From NCBI GenBank assembly GCA_964188305.1, contig OZ076886.1: a stretch of DNA of 64,000 bases; one strand, 5' to 3'. The notes below the pieces were generated by a model. That model worked only from the letters and a program-made list of their open reading frames with translations, made no database searches and was not told the DNA's origin. The stretch's first letter is position 1; the number at the start of each line of letters is the position of its first letter. This DNA is from Podarcis bocagei. Taxonomy: Eukaryota. Below, in pieces: positions 37,680-52,213 of the stretch. The translations under genes were made by a program, and so were the position numbers.

Positions 37680-38513
37680 GTTGCTGTTACAGCCACTCTA
37701 TATCAGAGTTGAATGAGTCACACTTCACATTGTAGGTGTTAGTTGGTGTGTTTGACCATTACTGCCCTCAACATTTCCAAGAACAGTTTTCTCCTTGACA
37801 TTCTAAAGTTCTGTTCTACATCATCATCATTATTTTTTTTGGTCAGGGTGCTTTCCATACCACTCAGTAAGATGACTCCTTGCATGTAGATCAGAGATGG
37901 GGAACCTGTGGCCCTCCATATGTTGCTGGACTACAACTCCAATCACCCCTGACCATTGGCCATATTGGCTGAAGCTGAGTCAGAGTCCAGCAGCATCTGG
38001 AAGGCCACAGGTTCTGCAACCCTTATCTACACTTTGGGAGAAGTCTTCCTGAAAGATGTGGAATGCACCCTGGGGCATTCTGCTCCATGGGAGGTTTCTG
38101 TGCTCCCTGACCTCACCTGTGGGGGGCAAGCAGACAAACTACTATGGCAAAATAACCAGAAAGATCTCCAACCCAAGAGAGTCAGAAAAGGGGCCTTGGA
38201 GCTTTTAATAATGACAAGTACATTTCATCCTGTGTAAACCTCTACAGTGAAATGTTCATTGGTTTTAAAGGCAGCATCACTCTTCTGATGGGTCTTTAAC
38301 ATAACTTCTTTCTTCATGCATAGGCTGGTACTGGGATGTTTGACCAATTTAAGAGGCAGAATGCCTACCCCTTACTACTCCTTCCTGGGGAATATCTGGT
38401 CCAGGGAGCCTTGTTTCTCCTATAGGCATTTGCATACATATTTCTGTGCAATGTATCATCTATATAAAAGAACTAGCAGGTACTATAATTGTGCAGTGGT
38501 AGTAGTGTAGCTA

Positions 38514-38793
38514 CGGGACGCGGGTGGCGCTGTGGGTTAAACCACAGAGCCTAGGACTTGCCGGTCAGAAGGTGGGCGGTTCGAATCCCCGCGACAGGGT
38601 GAGCTCCCGTTGCTCAGTCCCTACTCCTGCCAACATAGCAGTTCGAAAGCACGTCAAAGTGCAAGTAGATAAATAGGTACTGCTCCGGCGGGAAGGTAAA
38701 CGGTCCCCTCAGCCAATAAAGCGAGATGAGCACCGCAACCCCAAAGTCGGCCACGACTGGACCTAATGGTCAGGGGTCCCTTTACCTTTACCA
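38514..38793 (+). mobile_element. Sauria/Squam1-type tRNA-derived SINE, apparently internally deleted
   Basis: gggacgcgggtggcgctgtgggttaaacc head, B-box ggttcgaatcc, (ccttta)n tail; perfect 14-bp TSD tagtagtgtagcta (38500-38513, 38794-38807). Confidence 0.9.
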
Positions 38794-38949
38794 TAGTAGT
38801 GTAGCTAATGAGGTTAATCTGAGGCAAAATTATTGCTAATTGAAAACTTTTCCCAGGCTTTGCTTTCCAATATATAATTTAATTTCCCAGAATTCTCTAA
38901 TCTGTCAGGAAAGAAACTGCTCTCTCTTGCTGTGTTTATGGTGGTGTCA

Positions 38950-39090
<141 letters not shown>

Positions 39091-41103
39091 TCACAACTCC
39101 CTACCACCCAGGTTATCATGCACAGAGGAGTATATGAGCTCTGGGGAGAACTCTGAGTTCAATAATTTTGTCCTGCATCAAATCCTTCTACTCATGGATT
39201 AACCTCACTTCCCACCCAGTATCATGAGGACCAGAGCCCAGTTGCAATATGTTAATATCTGGATACTCGGCTCTTATCACACCTTATTTTGCTTTCACCC
39301 AACTGCTTTCAGATACTGGTATGTGGATTCCACATCAGCTACTAGAAGATGGGCCTGGAAAACCCCCCACATAATAACTGTATGGACCTGGTTGCACTCC
39401 TAAACGTGTTGCTTAGAAATTCATCCCACTGAGATTTACCTTAAACATTCTGCAAGATTATCTACTGGGTTTTTGCCAATGACTTTAGCCAGAGATGACT
39501 GTAGTCTGAAGACCTCTGCAAGGAGACCCTTCTATTGTCTGCATTAGACTTGGAGGCAGTTTCGTGGCTTCTGTTCTAGCCCACTGTATCCCAATCAGTT
39601 TTCAGAAATAGGAATATTCTAGACTCCTAGCTTGGGTCACTAGAGCTACTCTCATCCCCTAGCTGTAGATGAGTCCCATGTGTCCTATCCAACTAAGTCT
39701 CTCATGATGTAATCTCTCCTCTCCAGAATGTATCCCTTTTAAGGTCCTCTTCCAAACTTACACAGAGTTCTCCCCAAAGAGCTCATTGTCTATATAAAAG
39801 TAAAAAAGTGTAAAACAAAGGAAAAACCCAAATAAAATCCCAACTATCCAAGACAGCAGTAGACAGCAGTGGTAAAGGGACGGGGTCCAAGGAGAATGCA
39901 CACAAACATTCAACAGAACAGGTTTCATCAAATGCGCAAGACTAGAGCATGCAAAAAGAGCATGCAGCATGCAGCACAGTGCAAAAGCATGCACAGAGAA
40001 CACGTTGAGACTCATTCATAGCTCTGGTATAGATTGCTCTAAGGGAGAGATCCGGATTGTGGGCTCTTGGTGCAAAAAATGGGTGCATCCTTAAGGTAGA
40101 AAAGAAAGAAATGAAATTGACAGACTATGGGCCATGTGCCATTCCTGAGCCAAGGCTGTGGGCTGGAGATCACACAAGATGCTCAGGGTGGGGCTTGACC
40201 AGCTAGTGCATTAGCTGAGATAGGACCAATGGAAATGGGGGTTAGACGGTCAGGGTCCTTGGGGTTCATTAAGTGGATGTCACTGAACAGAGGTGCACAG
40301 AATGACAGATGAGATCAAAAACTCTGAAGGAAGAGGAGAAAGAAAGAAAGAGGGAGACACACATATAGATGATGGTGATGATAATGATGATGACACATTA
40401 AGTAGGAAGATCCCTCAGGAATCTGATGTCCAGAAAACCTGTAAATCTTGGGAGAGCAGCCTGCATTAGACTGAACAGATCTTCCTCAGTGCTTCGTACT
40501 TGGGTACTCAGAATTTCCTCCTCTTTGGCAATTTGGTAAGAATGCTGCCTGTGCCCTCACATTACCTTGTGTTCCTGAGCTGTCCATGAACAAGGCACAT
40601 GGCCTGTGCATCAAATCCATTTCTGTCACATAACTTAATTCAACCTGTCAGAAGATCTTGCAGAGTCAAGCCTTTCTTTTGGGCCATATGCAGGATCTGT
40701 TGTGGATCCCAAAGGTGAGGCACCTCATAAAACAAGATGAAGCAACCTTATTTTCCTTCTCATCCCTTAGACCTTCCTTTTGCATTGCATTCAGAATTCA
40801 CAGAGGACTGGGGATGGACTCTCTGGACTTTTTGGCAGTTGACCAAAAGTTTAACAGTAGTTGTAGAAATTATATTTTTGCTTTGCAACCAGAACTCAAT
40901 AGCCACACCTCTTGGTGACTGCCTCACTCAGGGCTTGTCGACTTTTCCACTTGTGCCGTGCCTAGAAAGCATGGGTCCAAGAAGTTTTCCCTTGCCCTGT
41001 TCCTTTCCAAGGGAAAACATGCTCTTTAGTGATAGATTGGAACAAATGGCAATTTGGGGGGAACCTGAATTGTTATTACCTCTGATTATAATATAATCAT
41101 AAT

Positions 41104-41632
41104 AATTTATTATTTATACCCCGCCCATCTGGGCAGCTTCCAACAAAATATTAAAATACAATAGTCTATTAAACATTAAAAGCTTCCCTAAACAGGGCTG
41201 CCTTCAGATGTTTCTAAAAGTTTGGTAGTTGTTTTTCTTTTTGACATCTGGTGGAAGGACATTCCACAGGGCGGGTGCCACTACCGAGAAGGCCCTCTGT
41301 CTGGTTCCCTGTAACTTGGCTTCTTGCAGTGAGGGAACCGCTAGAAGGCCCTCGGCGCTGGACCTCAGTGTCCGGGCAGAACGATGGGGGTGGAGACGCT
41401 CCTTCAGGTATACTGGACCGAGGCCGTTTAGGGCTTTAAAGGTCAGCACCAACACTTTGAATTGTGCTCGGAAACGTACTGGGAGCCAATGTAGGTCTTT
41501 CAAGACCGGTGTTATGTAGTCTCAGCGGCCGCTCCCAGTCACCAGTCTAGCTGCCGCATTCTGGATTAGTTGTAGTTTCTGGGTCACCTTCAAAGGTAGC
41601 CCCACATAGAGCGCATTGCAGTAGTCCAAGCA
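41104..41632 (-). mobile_element. L2-clade LINE, 5'-truncated (ORF2 C-terminus and 3' tail)
   Basis: LHWLPVRFRAQFKVLVLTFKALNGLGPVYLKERL...RAFSVVAPALWN is the characteristic L2 ORF2 end; (TAAA)-rich tail. Confidence 0.88.
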
Positions 41633-41746
41633 AGAGGCAACTTGAGCCCTAAAGAGCGGTTTTCCTTGGAGGAAAGCAGCAGGACAAGAGAAAGTGTGGA
41701 TAAACCCTCAGTGGATACCCCAGGATTCTGGCAGTCTACAAGACTG

Positions 41747-42062
41747 GGGGCTTATCCACAGCTACCATTTCTCCTGCTCTTTCCAGACACAGGTTTGCAC
41801 TCAAAAGCTCCACGTCCAAGAGTTGTTGGATCTCCGCCCCCCTTGAAGCTTTCCCTGTGAAAACCTGCTCTTCAGAACCCAATCGGAGCAAGCATCAATT
41901 TGGGTTTCCCAGCAGATTGCTGTTTGCTCTGATTGAGCTTTAAAGAGTGGGTTTTTGCAAGGAATGCGATGGGGCAAAAAAAGAGAGAGAACTTGAATGC
42001 GGTGTTTTAAAGCGCAGACTGTGCCTGGAAGAAGTAGAGGAAATATAACTGTGGGTAAACCC
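41747..42062. mobile_element. Palindromic MITE-like element
   Basis: Termini ggggcttatccacag / ctgtgggtaaaccc; a related terminal piece lies at ~41650-41707. Confidence 0.5.
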
Positions 42063-45000
42063 TGAGTGTTACTTTGCTTTTATGAATGGCATAGGAACCG
42101 CTACAGCATGGCTGACCTCTAGTAACAATGGATTCATGTGGCTGGGGCCAGCAGCATAGTTACCTCCCATAGGAGCAGTGACCTGTCCCAGGACCTGCAG
42201 AACTGTTATGGGTTTGTAAACTACCTTGCTGCCTCCACCCACAGAATTGTCTTCCTTCAAATGTTACCACACTGCAGCTATTATTATATCACAAACTGTG
42301 ATATTAGGCCTGAGTGTAACAGTTGCTTGTGGCTTCCCTCCTCCCCACTCCCATGCCACATGCCCTTCTTCCAGAGTCATTCTATACCCACTTTCCCCCT
42401 ATTGTTTTGCTGCATTCAATTCCCTGAAGCATTTCTTGTAGTGACCCAAAATATCTCAATGCCAATCAAAACAAAAACATAATGTTATAGAAATATTCAT
42501 ACAGATTTGTATTGTTCATTAAAAAAATCACTTATAGCTTGTAGTTTCTGCTTACTGAATTTGAATTTCTGTATGTGTGCATGTGTGTGTGTTTCAATGG
42601 CACAGAATTCACAGTGCGCTTATTTGGGGACAGCACCCTAGCTTTTCCATGCACTGGAGCAAGCATGGATTGCAACAGTAAGGGAGATGAAAGAGCCAAA
42701 TCATGTTAGCCATAGTGTATGTAGGCTAATGATTATGAAAATGCCAATTCTGTCGGAGAATTGGGTCCCTTGGATTGCTGTCTCATGCAGAATAAACCCT
42801 GGGATCTCTGTATGATTAGGGACAGTGAATAAGGGATAATGGTGGGGGTAGATGGATACAGGCAGCAATTATTTACCAGGGCAGATAGGGCGGTCAGAAA
42901 TCCCAATTCTCTTCCCCACAAATATGTAAGGGAACTGCAGAACAAATTTATCTCTCTCTGGTTTTCTGGACAGCTGATGTCATGGTTGAATGAACCAAGG
43001 GATATATGGACAATGGTAGCGAATGGGAAGGACATGGAAGATTTACAGAGGAGTGGGCCATTACAGAGGAGAGAGATTATTATAGTGTATTGCACTGAAA
43101 ACAATATTTTTACTCAAAGGGTTTTGTAAAGCTGGGATGTAAAGCACAGATATGGAAATGGCACAGCTAGGAATGAGGCCTATGAGTCTTGACACCAAGG
43201 CCTCTAGCCTAAAGTTCATTTACCTTGAGCTCCACACACCACATTCCTTCTCCCATCTCTTCATCCTCCTTTCACCAAGTCTATGCTAACCTGGGATTCC
43301 TGACAGCCAATGCAAGCCCCTGCATACAGTCTCCTTTGAAACCAGATGCCTTACCAGGGTCTAAGGCACAGGTAGCTATGTGCATTTCCTTATGTAAAAA
43401 GTCAACATGGTACAAACAAAGCTTTTCTACACCAAAGCTAGTCAATGCAGTACCCTCCAGATGTTTTTGGGCTACAACTCCCCAAGGCAGCATTGCTAAT
43501 AGTCAGGGATGATGGGAACCATAGTCCAAAAAACATCTGGAGGGTACTAGATTTTTTACCCCGCCCTACCTAATTGCTTGGCCTTACATGATGAGCCTAA
43601 TACTGCCAATAACCACTTTTAACAATTCCATCTGCATTAAGGCTAATTCGATTTTTGCCCCCATTCAGAAACGATTCATCAGTGTGCTGCTCTTCTCCAG
43701 CCATAACATGATCGTTGCAGATCATCCCATGACAGAAGGCATGGACTGCAGTGTGGACTCACAATGGTTCCATATCTTCCTGTGACTCTCCACAACTTAG
43801 GACTAGATTTCAATATTTCATTGAGAAGTTAGCATAGTGGTGGCTTTTTCAAAACATGGTCACTTGTGCCTCCTGTCTGAAGAATAGCAAAATGCAAGAG
43901 GTATTCTGTGAATGCAGCCTGCACCCTAACAGCAATACCACCAAGTCTCTTCAAATTCCCCCTAAGGAATTTTATTCTTCTCTGACCAGCATGTACTTAG
44001 TTGAGTTGTTGTTTTTCTTATCCTGGTGTTGTCACAATTAACTGAGGCATGAAAGTAGTTAGATACCAAGGATGACTTTCCCTCTAGGTGGGAAAAAGGG
44101 CTTAGCTTAGCAGTACAACAAATTGTTTGAAGGTCTTGGATTCAATCTCTGGCATCTCTGGTTGAAGGGTCTCAGGAAACAAAAGCTGGGAAAGGCATTA
44201 GATAGATAGGCTAGATAGACTTGATTTACTGCAACTTTGCATATTCTTATAGAATTGTAGAGTTGGAAGGGACCCAAAGGGTAATCTAGTTAAACTCCCT
44301 GCAATGCTCCTTTTTGACATTTGTGTGCAGCAAACGGCAGTTACTATGACTGTCACAGCATATTTAATTTGTATCGAGGGCCTCCCATCTGTACCAGCAC
44401 CTTAGCAAGTATGGCAATACAGTATAGTTTGTTGGTACTCACAGGCTTTAGCTTTCGACTGTTCCAGGAGACAGGATGTAGGTCAGTGGTGGAGTATATG
44501 CTTTGTACATAGAATGTCCCAAATTCATTCACATGCATATGCAGTTAAAAGGATGAGGAAGCAGATGATGGGGGGAAACTTCTGCCTAAGACCTCAAAAA
44601 GCCACTTCCAATCAAAGTAAGTGAGCAAACAATACTGGGCTTCAGGTAAGCAGATGAAATCCAGATTGTTCATAGATATATATTCAACACTGGGCTGACT
44701 ATTAATGTGTATGTGCCTGACAGGGCAGGACAACATTTTCTTTGTAGCCTTTCAAATCTTCTAGTTGTTAACTGGTGGTTGGGTTTTTCCAAGCACTTTT
44801 TTTTTACCTTTCACCTGCCCTCTTTCCATATCTTCCATATCCACTATCCAATGTATTGCTTCTTCAGTTAGATAGTATTCAAGCCAAATAACTCGCGTTT
44901 CTCAAACAGCTACTGTTTTAGTAGCATATAGTCATACTCAAATTATAACAAATGATTGCAGATCTCTAAGAAACTGTAGCCGATTTTGCGTTTTCATTGT

Positions 45001-48000
45001 CATATTCGTATTCAGCACCTCAAAATCTATAAGAAATGGCTACTTTTATCTCAGAGGCATGACTTTTGTCAAAAGTTGTTATGCAGTGTTATCAGCCTAT
45101 GAACTCTTCTGCCTCTTTGGCTGCAGGAACTGAGCGAAAGGAGATGAGAGGCAATGCTGAGAGTGCCTTTCATTATCCAAGAACTCAAGAGCTGTGACAA
45201 AAAGATGAGTAGAAAGAGAACACTTGCTTTCCCACCAATGATAGAGGAACTGAATTTGGAATTTCAACAGTAACAATATCAGGTTGCAGTCCTTCTTACA
45301 GTGGTCCTGTTGGTGGAAACTTTCTTTAAAAGTTTTGGCAGGGGTTTTTGTTTTTGTTTTAATAAAAAGAAGTGTGTATGTTCTAATTTCTTCAAATCTA
45401 AAGCAATAATCAATGGCAGTTAGTACAGCAAAAAATAATAATGGAAATTTGCATTGAAGAGAAAGTCCGTTTGCCCTTCTGGCATGGGCGGCTTTGCAGG
45501 CAGGCCCCAATAGGCTCTTGTGAACCAGCATATGGCAGGCCGGATTGTTCTCTGCTGCCAAATTGACCAATGGTGGCAGGGCCTTGTGGGTGTTCCCCTG
45601 GGCATGGGAACAACTGCCCAATGGAGGCACTTGACCCTGCGCTCAGTGCCAAGATAAATAGGCAGCCTGTCAGGCCATTTGGCCTCTTCTTCCTTTTAAT
45701 CAAACTGTAGGAAGATTGAGAACCTGATTTTCTATTCAAATATAGGTTGGCAAAGTAGTCTGGTGGTGCAAAGCAGTGACTGGATAATTTATTTTCCTGC
45801 GGAGCAACTACCATGGAGATTCTTCACTTGTTTAAGCCAGCTAATTGACAAGTGACTGGCAAATACATTTTCCAACAGCTTTCATATGAAGATTTAATTG
45901 TCTGACCCACATCGCAGATGTGCTGAGATCAACATAAGACAAAATCAAACTAGAAAGCATTTTTGCAACCTCCATGTGCAGGGTCAAAATATTAGCATCA
46001 GTTTTTGAACCAATCATTAAGAACTGGGGTAGTTGTTAAGAACCAGTATTAATGTGACAAAGCAATGCCTGCAGCAATTCAGATTCACTTTTAGCCCAAA
46101 TCGCAGAATCAGTCATGGTTCAACGAAAGTCAACATACAATTCCTTATGGAGTTGCTGGCAGACTTGCATCCTTTTGGAGATTACACAGAGACATTGGTT
46201 TATAAATCAGGGTCTTCTCATGGAGCCTATTCACACGCCCATAATTAACAAAGCAAGACAATTTATACTACAAGTGGGTGTGAATCTTGAATTACATGGA
46301 AATCACATGCTAATGGCTTCTGCCACTCGAAAAGTGACAGAAAAAATCAGTGTGAAAGGTACATACCTGCATTACCTTTGTTCCTGTTACAATGGATGAA
46401 CTTAATTAGCTTAAAATCTATGATCTGCATATTTATCATGTTCAGCAAATTTTTGCTTTTTAATAATGTTGAAGATGTGTCATTGGCACAGCAGTCACTC
46501 CAACTTATAGAAGAAGATATTTGTGTTTACAGACAACATATCTTCCCTGTATCTGTGCAGGATGAGAGCATTCTCCATGTCAAACTCTGCATTAGCAGCA
46601 TTGAAGTGAGGTCCCTGGGGCGCAAGCCTGGGCAGTGTGTATGGATGAATGACAAATGGTTTGTGTGAGGAGTGTTTCTACAACTTCCTGTAGGCAGACA
46701 GTGTGGTCACATCTCTACTGCACTGAAACTTTACAGTTATTTTATCTGCTATATTATAATGTGATGAATGAACTGCAGGAATGAACTGCTTGGCTCACTT
46801 TTAAGAAAGCTGAACTTTAAAGACAAACCTAAAGTCACTGGACAGATGAGAGCCTGACATCATATCCAGATTTTGCCTGTCCTGCAAAGATCAGGCAGAT
46901 TTTTGTGCATGAAACATAGCTGAATATATAGCTGAAGTGAACACTTCATTGTAAGATGAACTCAATAATTTTTAGTCCTTGATTCTGTATTTGATCGTAT
47001 TGTTTTTAAATGTAATTATAATTTTTTGTGACTTTGCAATTGTCTTAACTTTTGACACAGCTTATAAAATCTAATAAAATTTTGGTTAACATTTCTTGAT
47101 CTAGATGGTTCTACTTACTAGGAGGCTGAGAAGAATGAGAAGATCACATTGATTTTGGTGTCTTCCTTGATTCATCAGGATGGAACGATCCTTGTTGAAA
47201 TGTCCAGCTCACAAAGTTTTTATTTGGTTCAATATGCAGACCTGGCTTTGGAATTTTGTATCTCTGACAGAACAGTTTGATTTCAATGATCATCTTTATG
47301 CAAACGACATTCAAGTTTATCTTTCTGTTTCTGCCTTTTTGCTTTTTCTGGTTGGAACACCCAGAGACAACTTAAAAAACACTATACAGAATTTATTGTC
47401 TTGTCCTGTAAACCTTCTGTTTCTTCATCTGACAAATAATATACTTGTCATTCTCCCCAATTTCATTGTCTCGAGTTTCATTCTCAAATATCCTGTTTCT
47501 AATTCAGGCAGGTGTTATATTTTAACCTCACCAAAATTTACACCTGTCTCTCAGTTGATGCTTTAACTTCTCAGCAACACTCTTCACAGTCTTATCCATC
47601 CTTATTTAACTTCTTTATATGTCATAATGCTCTGGATAATTATCTTATTTTGTTTTAAGTCACAGATAGCCTCGGCTATGTCTTGTCTTTGATTCTTCTC
47701 ATTTGCTTCCTCCAATGAATGGAATTCTCTTTCTCCTCTTGCCCATTACACCTCTCTCTGCTTCTCAAAAAAATCGCATCCTCCTCAAGACTACTGTAGT
47801 AGTCACAGTAGTATCAAAACATCAGAGTGATTATTGTTACTTCTTCAAGTTTAGTCTGCATGCAATATTCTCCATCAGACTTACTGCTTTAATAGTAATT
47901 TTTCATTTATACATACTGTTTCTATTAAGCATGTTCAACTCATAAGATACAGTCAAACTGGCTGAGAAATCCATGTTTTCTCACTGAGTAAGATTATGAC

Positions 48001-50029
48001 CATTCCAAAAGAAGAATAACACCCTTCCCCTGCTCCTAAACCCAAATTAAAACATATCACAAAAAGGACCTACCAAGAGGTTGAAAGAGCTGTCCTGTTT
48101 ACTTCAGTAGCAAGATGCAGTTGGAGACTGATCACACTTCTCTTATGGCTTCCACTTTGGTAACCTAAAAGCGCAGGGACCATGTGGGAGGGGTAGAATT
48201 ACATGTGAAGAACCACACAAGCACCAGAGATCGGAAATGTGTGGTGGCACTTGCATAGCTGTGCAATTCACCCCTCTCACAAGGTTCTTCCATTGGCAGA
48301 GCAATGTGAGCAAACTGACCTCGTCTCTCCCAGCACTCTGATCATTTCACATATGTTTCAGTACAACGACTGGTCTGATATTATAGTCTGAAGGAAGTAT
48401 TAGTTGCTGGCTGCCATTAGGATACAGTAGTATAATCTTTCATCTGAAAAACCTATTTCAGTTACTGCCTCCTACTCACCATGGCCCTTTCAAACATTCA
48501 TCTTTACTTACTGCTCTTGCTTGGGTGGATTTGAGTACCCTCTCCCCAAATCTTCCTACATTTCTCATCCTATAGTGGCATGTTCACTACACAGTTTCTG
48601 TGGCATCAGACTGCACTGAAACCTTTACTACAGAGTCTATCCCCACTGATAAAACTGGCAGAGTTTTATATCTTCCCCCTTCTCCCCACACTAAACTTGC
48701 AGAATCCAAGGACCCTTTCAAGTGAGAGTGAGCTTTTCAATATCTGTGCCATGAACCAGCAATAGAAACCCAATGGTTCAGAAGGGTGAAAGAGAGATCA
48801 CACACATAACACAGAAAATGTGAGAGGGGAAGCTCTGGGTATGAGTGGTAGACTTAGGGAAGAAAAGGAGAAAGAAGATGTAGCTTGATGATCAGCTGCT
48901 GAGATGCATAAAAGGTTTAGGGTTAGAATATGAAGTTATGGAGGAGCAGAAGGGAAAAGCTTCTGATAGGTTAGAACTGCATTGACAGAGAAGGAGGCAT
49001 GGAGCAGCAGAGAGAAGGGGGCAGAGAAAAAGGTTAGTTGCTGTTAATTCGTCTCTGGTTAAGAGTAGTGAACTACTTCCCCTTAGGTTGTGTTCTTTTG
49101 TAGGAAGTTACACCGTTATGGAGGCAGAAGCACTGAAAAGGCATGGGTGTCTGTTTTAAGTTATGCAAAGAGATCAAAAGAGCCATTAGAACAACTACAA
49201 GAACTTCCCCACCTCCCTTATTCTTTTATGGGAGGCCGGAAGGGCATGAGAGAGCAATCCCAACTGCAGAATGAACTGCAACCCATAGGCAAGTTGGTGG
49301 ATGGAGCCCAAGACTTGAGTCTAACTTTTACCCAGAAGGAGCTCTACCTGGGCATGCGCTCTGTTGCTAGCCTGTACATGTGTAAGAGGTAATGAGTATA
49401 GTCCTGCACTTCTAGGCTCTTGTTAACTGGCAGCTGAAGGTGAATACTGTCTGTCTTGCACAAAAGTCTGAACTAATAAACTGGAGCTTAAACCATAGTA
49501 AAACTCTGTGAAGACCCTCATAATACAAGCCCAATTCTACCAGTTTCAATTCATTTCCAGATAGATGGTTTTTCAAGTGCCAAGCACACTAACACCTGCA
49601 AGTCCTGTGCCATGTGTTCTAATCCGGACAATGATTCCCACAAGCTCAAATGGCAGGTTGGTGACTGAGCAGGCTTAACATGGGTAGCATACCCTAGTGT
49701 ACTGAAAAAGGACCATCATTCAAAATCCTATTTTTCATTATTCAGTATTGTTTCCTAAATTTATGCTTCAGTACTAAATTGCATTATCAGCTGCTGCCAT
49801 ATGAATGAAGCACCAAGTGGCCATGCCTATGCCATGGTTACAGAAAGTGGTGTAGATCAAACATGATCTCTAGGATACATACAACAGAAAAACTTCACTT
49901 ATGAAAAAAATGCATAGCAAGTGAGCACTCTAATTGCATACTTGTTAAATACTGAATCAAATGCTCAGAACGAGCTTTATAAATCATTATCAGCACCAAA
50001 CTAGATGTGATGTTATTTATTTTATTTAT

Positions 50030-50650
50030 TATTTATTAATTAAATTTATACCCTGCCCTTCCTTTCAAAGAAGCCCAAGGCAGTGAACCACAAGGGATAA
50101 AATAATAAAACCATCTTTAAAACAATTCAAGTACAGATGCAGACTGGTAAAGATCTCATCTTAAAAGGCCTGATGAAAGAGGAAGATCTTCGTTAGGTGC
50201 ACCTATCTACTATTTAAGGAAAGGGAATTCCAAATGGTAGGGCCCAATTCTGACATTGTACAGGATGGACCTTCTGAGGAGGCCCTCACCTGCAAAGCAC
50301 AATGATCGACTAGGTATCTAAGGTGTAAGACAATCTTTTGGGTATCCTGGTCCCATGCTGTATAGGTCTTTATACAGCAAAACCAGCAGCACAAACAGCC
50401 TGGTAGCTAAGCACCAGATTTTGCAACAGCTGCAGCTTCTGGACCAACCCCAAAGGCAAGCACACTGAAGTAAGTAATCCAGCCTGGAGGTCAGGATATT
50501 CTGATCCAGAAATGGCTGTAGCTGTCTTACCAGTTGAAGCTTATCCAGCTCCTAGACCAGGTACCAATCTATAGCTTGCACAGTCTCTCCTGATGTTACA
50601 GAGCAGAGCTGGGTAGCATCAGCATACTGATGCCACCTTACCCCAAATCT
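50030..50650 (-). mobile_element. Degraded L2-clade LINE 3' fragment
   Basis: (TTTA)n tail, ggaattcca...ggg, cagcatactgatg blocks typical of squamate L2. Confidence 0.55.
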
Positions 50651-52213
50651 CCTAATGGCCATTTGTGTACCAAGGTGCAGAACAGGCTCCACAAAGCCTG
50701 GGAGGACACTCAGGGGCAACTAAGAACCCATATCCTTGGGAGGGGTGGCAAAGAGGACCATGGGGTAAATTGCATTGTCCTCACCTTCCTTGGTGACCTA
50801 TCACTTTCCCATGGCTTTATCTCCCTCACTGAAACTGAAGGTGACTTTGTCTTATCATTGCATAGGCTCTCATCATGTGCAGGAAACCACACATGCATTC
50901 TGGTCCCTTAACACTATCCAATGTCTCCAGGATGCAGTGGGGTGGGGTTAGATGGGGGCACTTTCTTATTATCTTGTTTACATTTAATTTCCTGCTGTTT
51001 TGAAATATTGTTAAATTTATCTGGAATTTATCCAGATAATCTAAACCCAGATACAAGGAAATTAACTCATCCCTGCAAATTACCTCATGGAGTCTGAATA
51101 ACGTGCTTCTGCCCTTGTGCTACCTGTGCTACCCCCACATTTCACATTACTTACAGGAGGTTGATCAGGAATTCCTGGGAGAGCTCTGTTCATGCCATGA
51201 AAGACACCAGGGGATTTTGGGTCCCGGATACTGCTGAACATGTGAGGTGCATTCAAGAAAGTTGGGAACCACAGAAACTTCATCTCATTGGGGGGATTTT
51301 GTCTGAAATGGATGAGTGTGGGCAAACTTCTAGTTATATGCTACATTGTTCACCTGCATATATGGGCAGTTCAAGTGCTTCATATGCTTTCAACTAATGG
51401 GTATAACATTAATTTTCTCTGCAGTGTTCCCTATATTGACACCAAAAAGCTCATCAACAGTCATATGTACTATGCTGCAACCTACCCCTGCAATGTGGTT
51501 AACTGGATTTTAACAGAGTTTCAGGAGCTCTACTAGTGTTATGGGTCAAAGGGAAAGATTGCCCAGGTAGAGGAAAACTGATGAATAGATGCACAAGGCC
51601 TTGCATTTTACTTATTTAGAAAATATTTCAATCCAATGGCATCAGTTCTTTCTGGAGAGTGCAGGTAATGGTGACTAATATCATTGTGACTCCCCGCACT
51701 AGAAGCGGACACACTGGCCTGATCAAAAGTACTCATAGCGCCATTAAATGTGTTTTGGATCTTTGGTCTCTCTTCCCCTTCCGGCTTTGTTCTTCCCAGT
51801 TCATTTGGGGTATCTGTATTGGCTGGATAGTTTCAGAGCAATTACAGCTGTTTAAATTGTTTGGGGGGCGGGGGCAAAGGGAATGGGAGGTGAAACATTT
51901 TAAAAGCAATGTCTCTTCTGCTAGATGCAGCAGGACAGGGTGGTGGCACTTTGATGGAGGATTTTGAGTAGGATCATGCACCTTGGAGTTGTTTCTTACC
52001 CACCCAACATTTACTGGCCATAATGGAGTCTCTGAAACATGAAACGCTAACGGTACTGAACGGACACACTGTTACTGCTCAAGAAATTGTATTGAGAAGG
52101 GGGAAGAAATGTACAAAAATTATAGCTTTTGTATTTTTGTTGTTGAAAAAAAAATAATTAAAAATGAAGCTAACTTGAAATATGCCTTGTTTATTTCTTA
52201 AAAATTATTCTAC

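Noticed and set aside
40566-40644. 79-nt ag...AAG|gtaat exon-like segment (possible third exon 37)
   Set aside because: No similarity to 37a/37b, weak pyrimidine tract and no supporting motifs.
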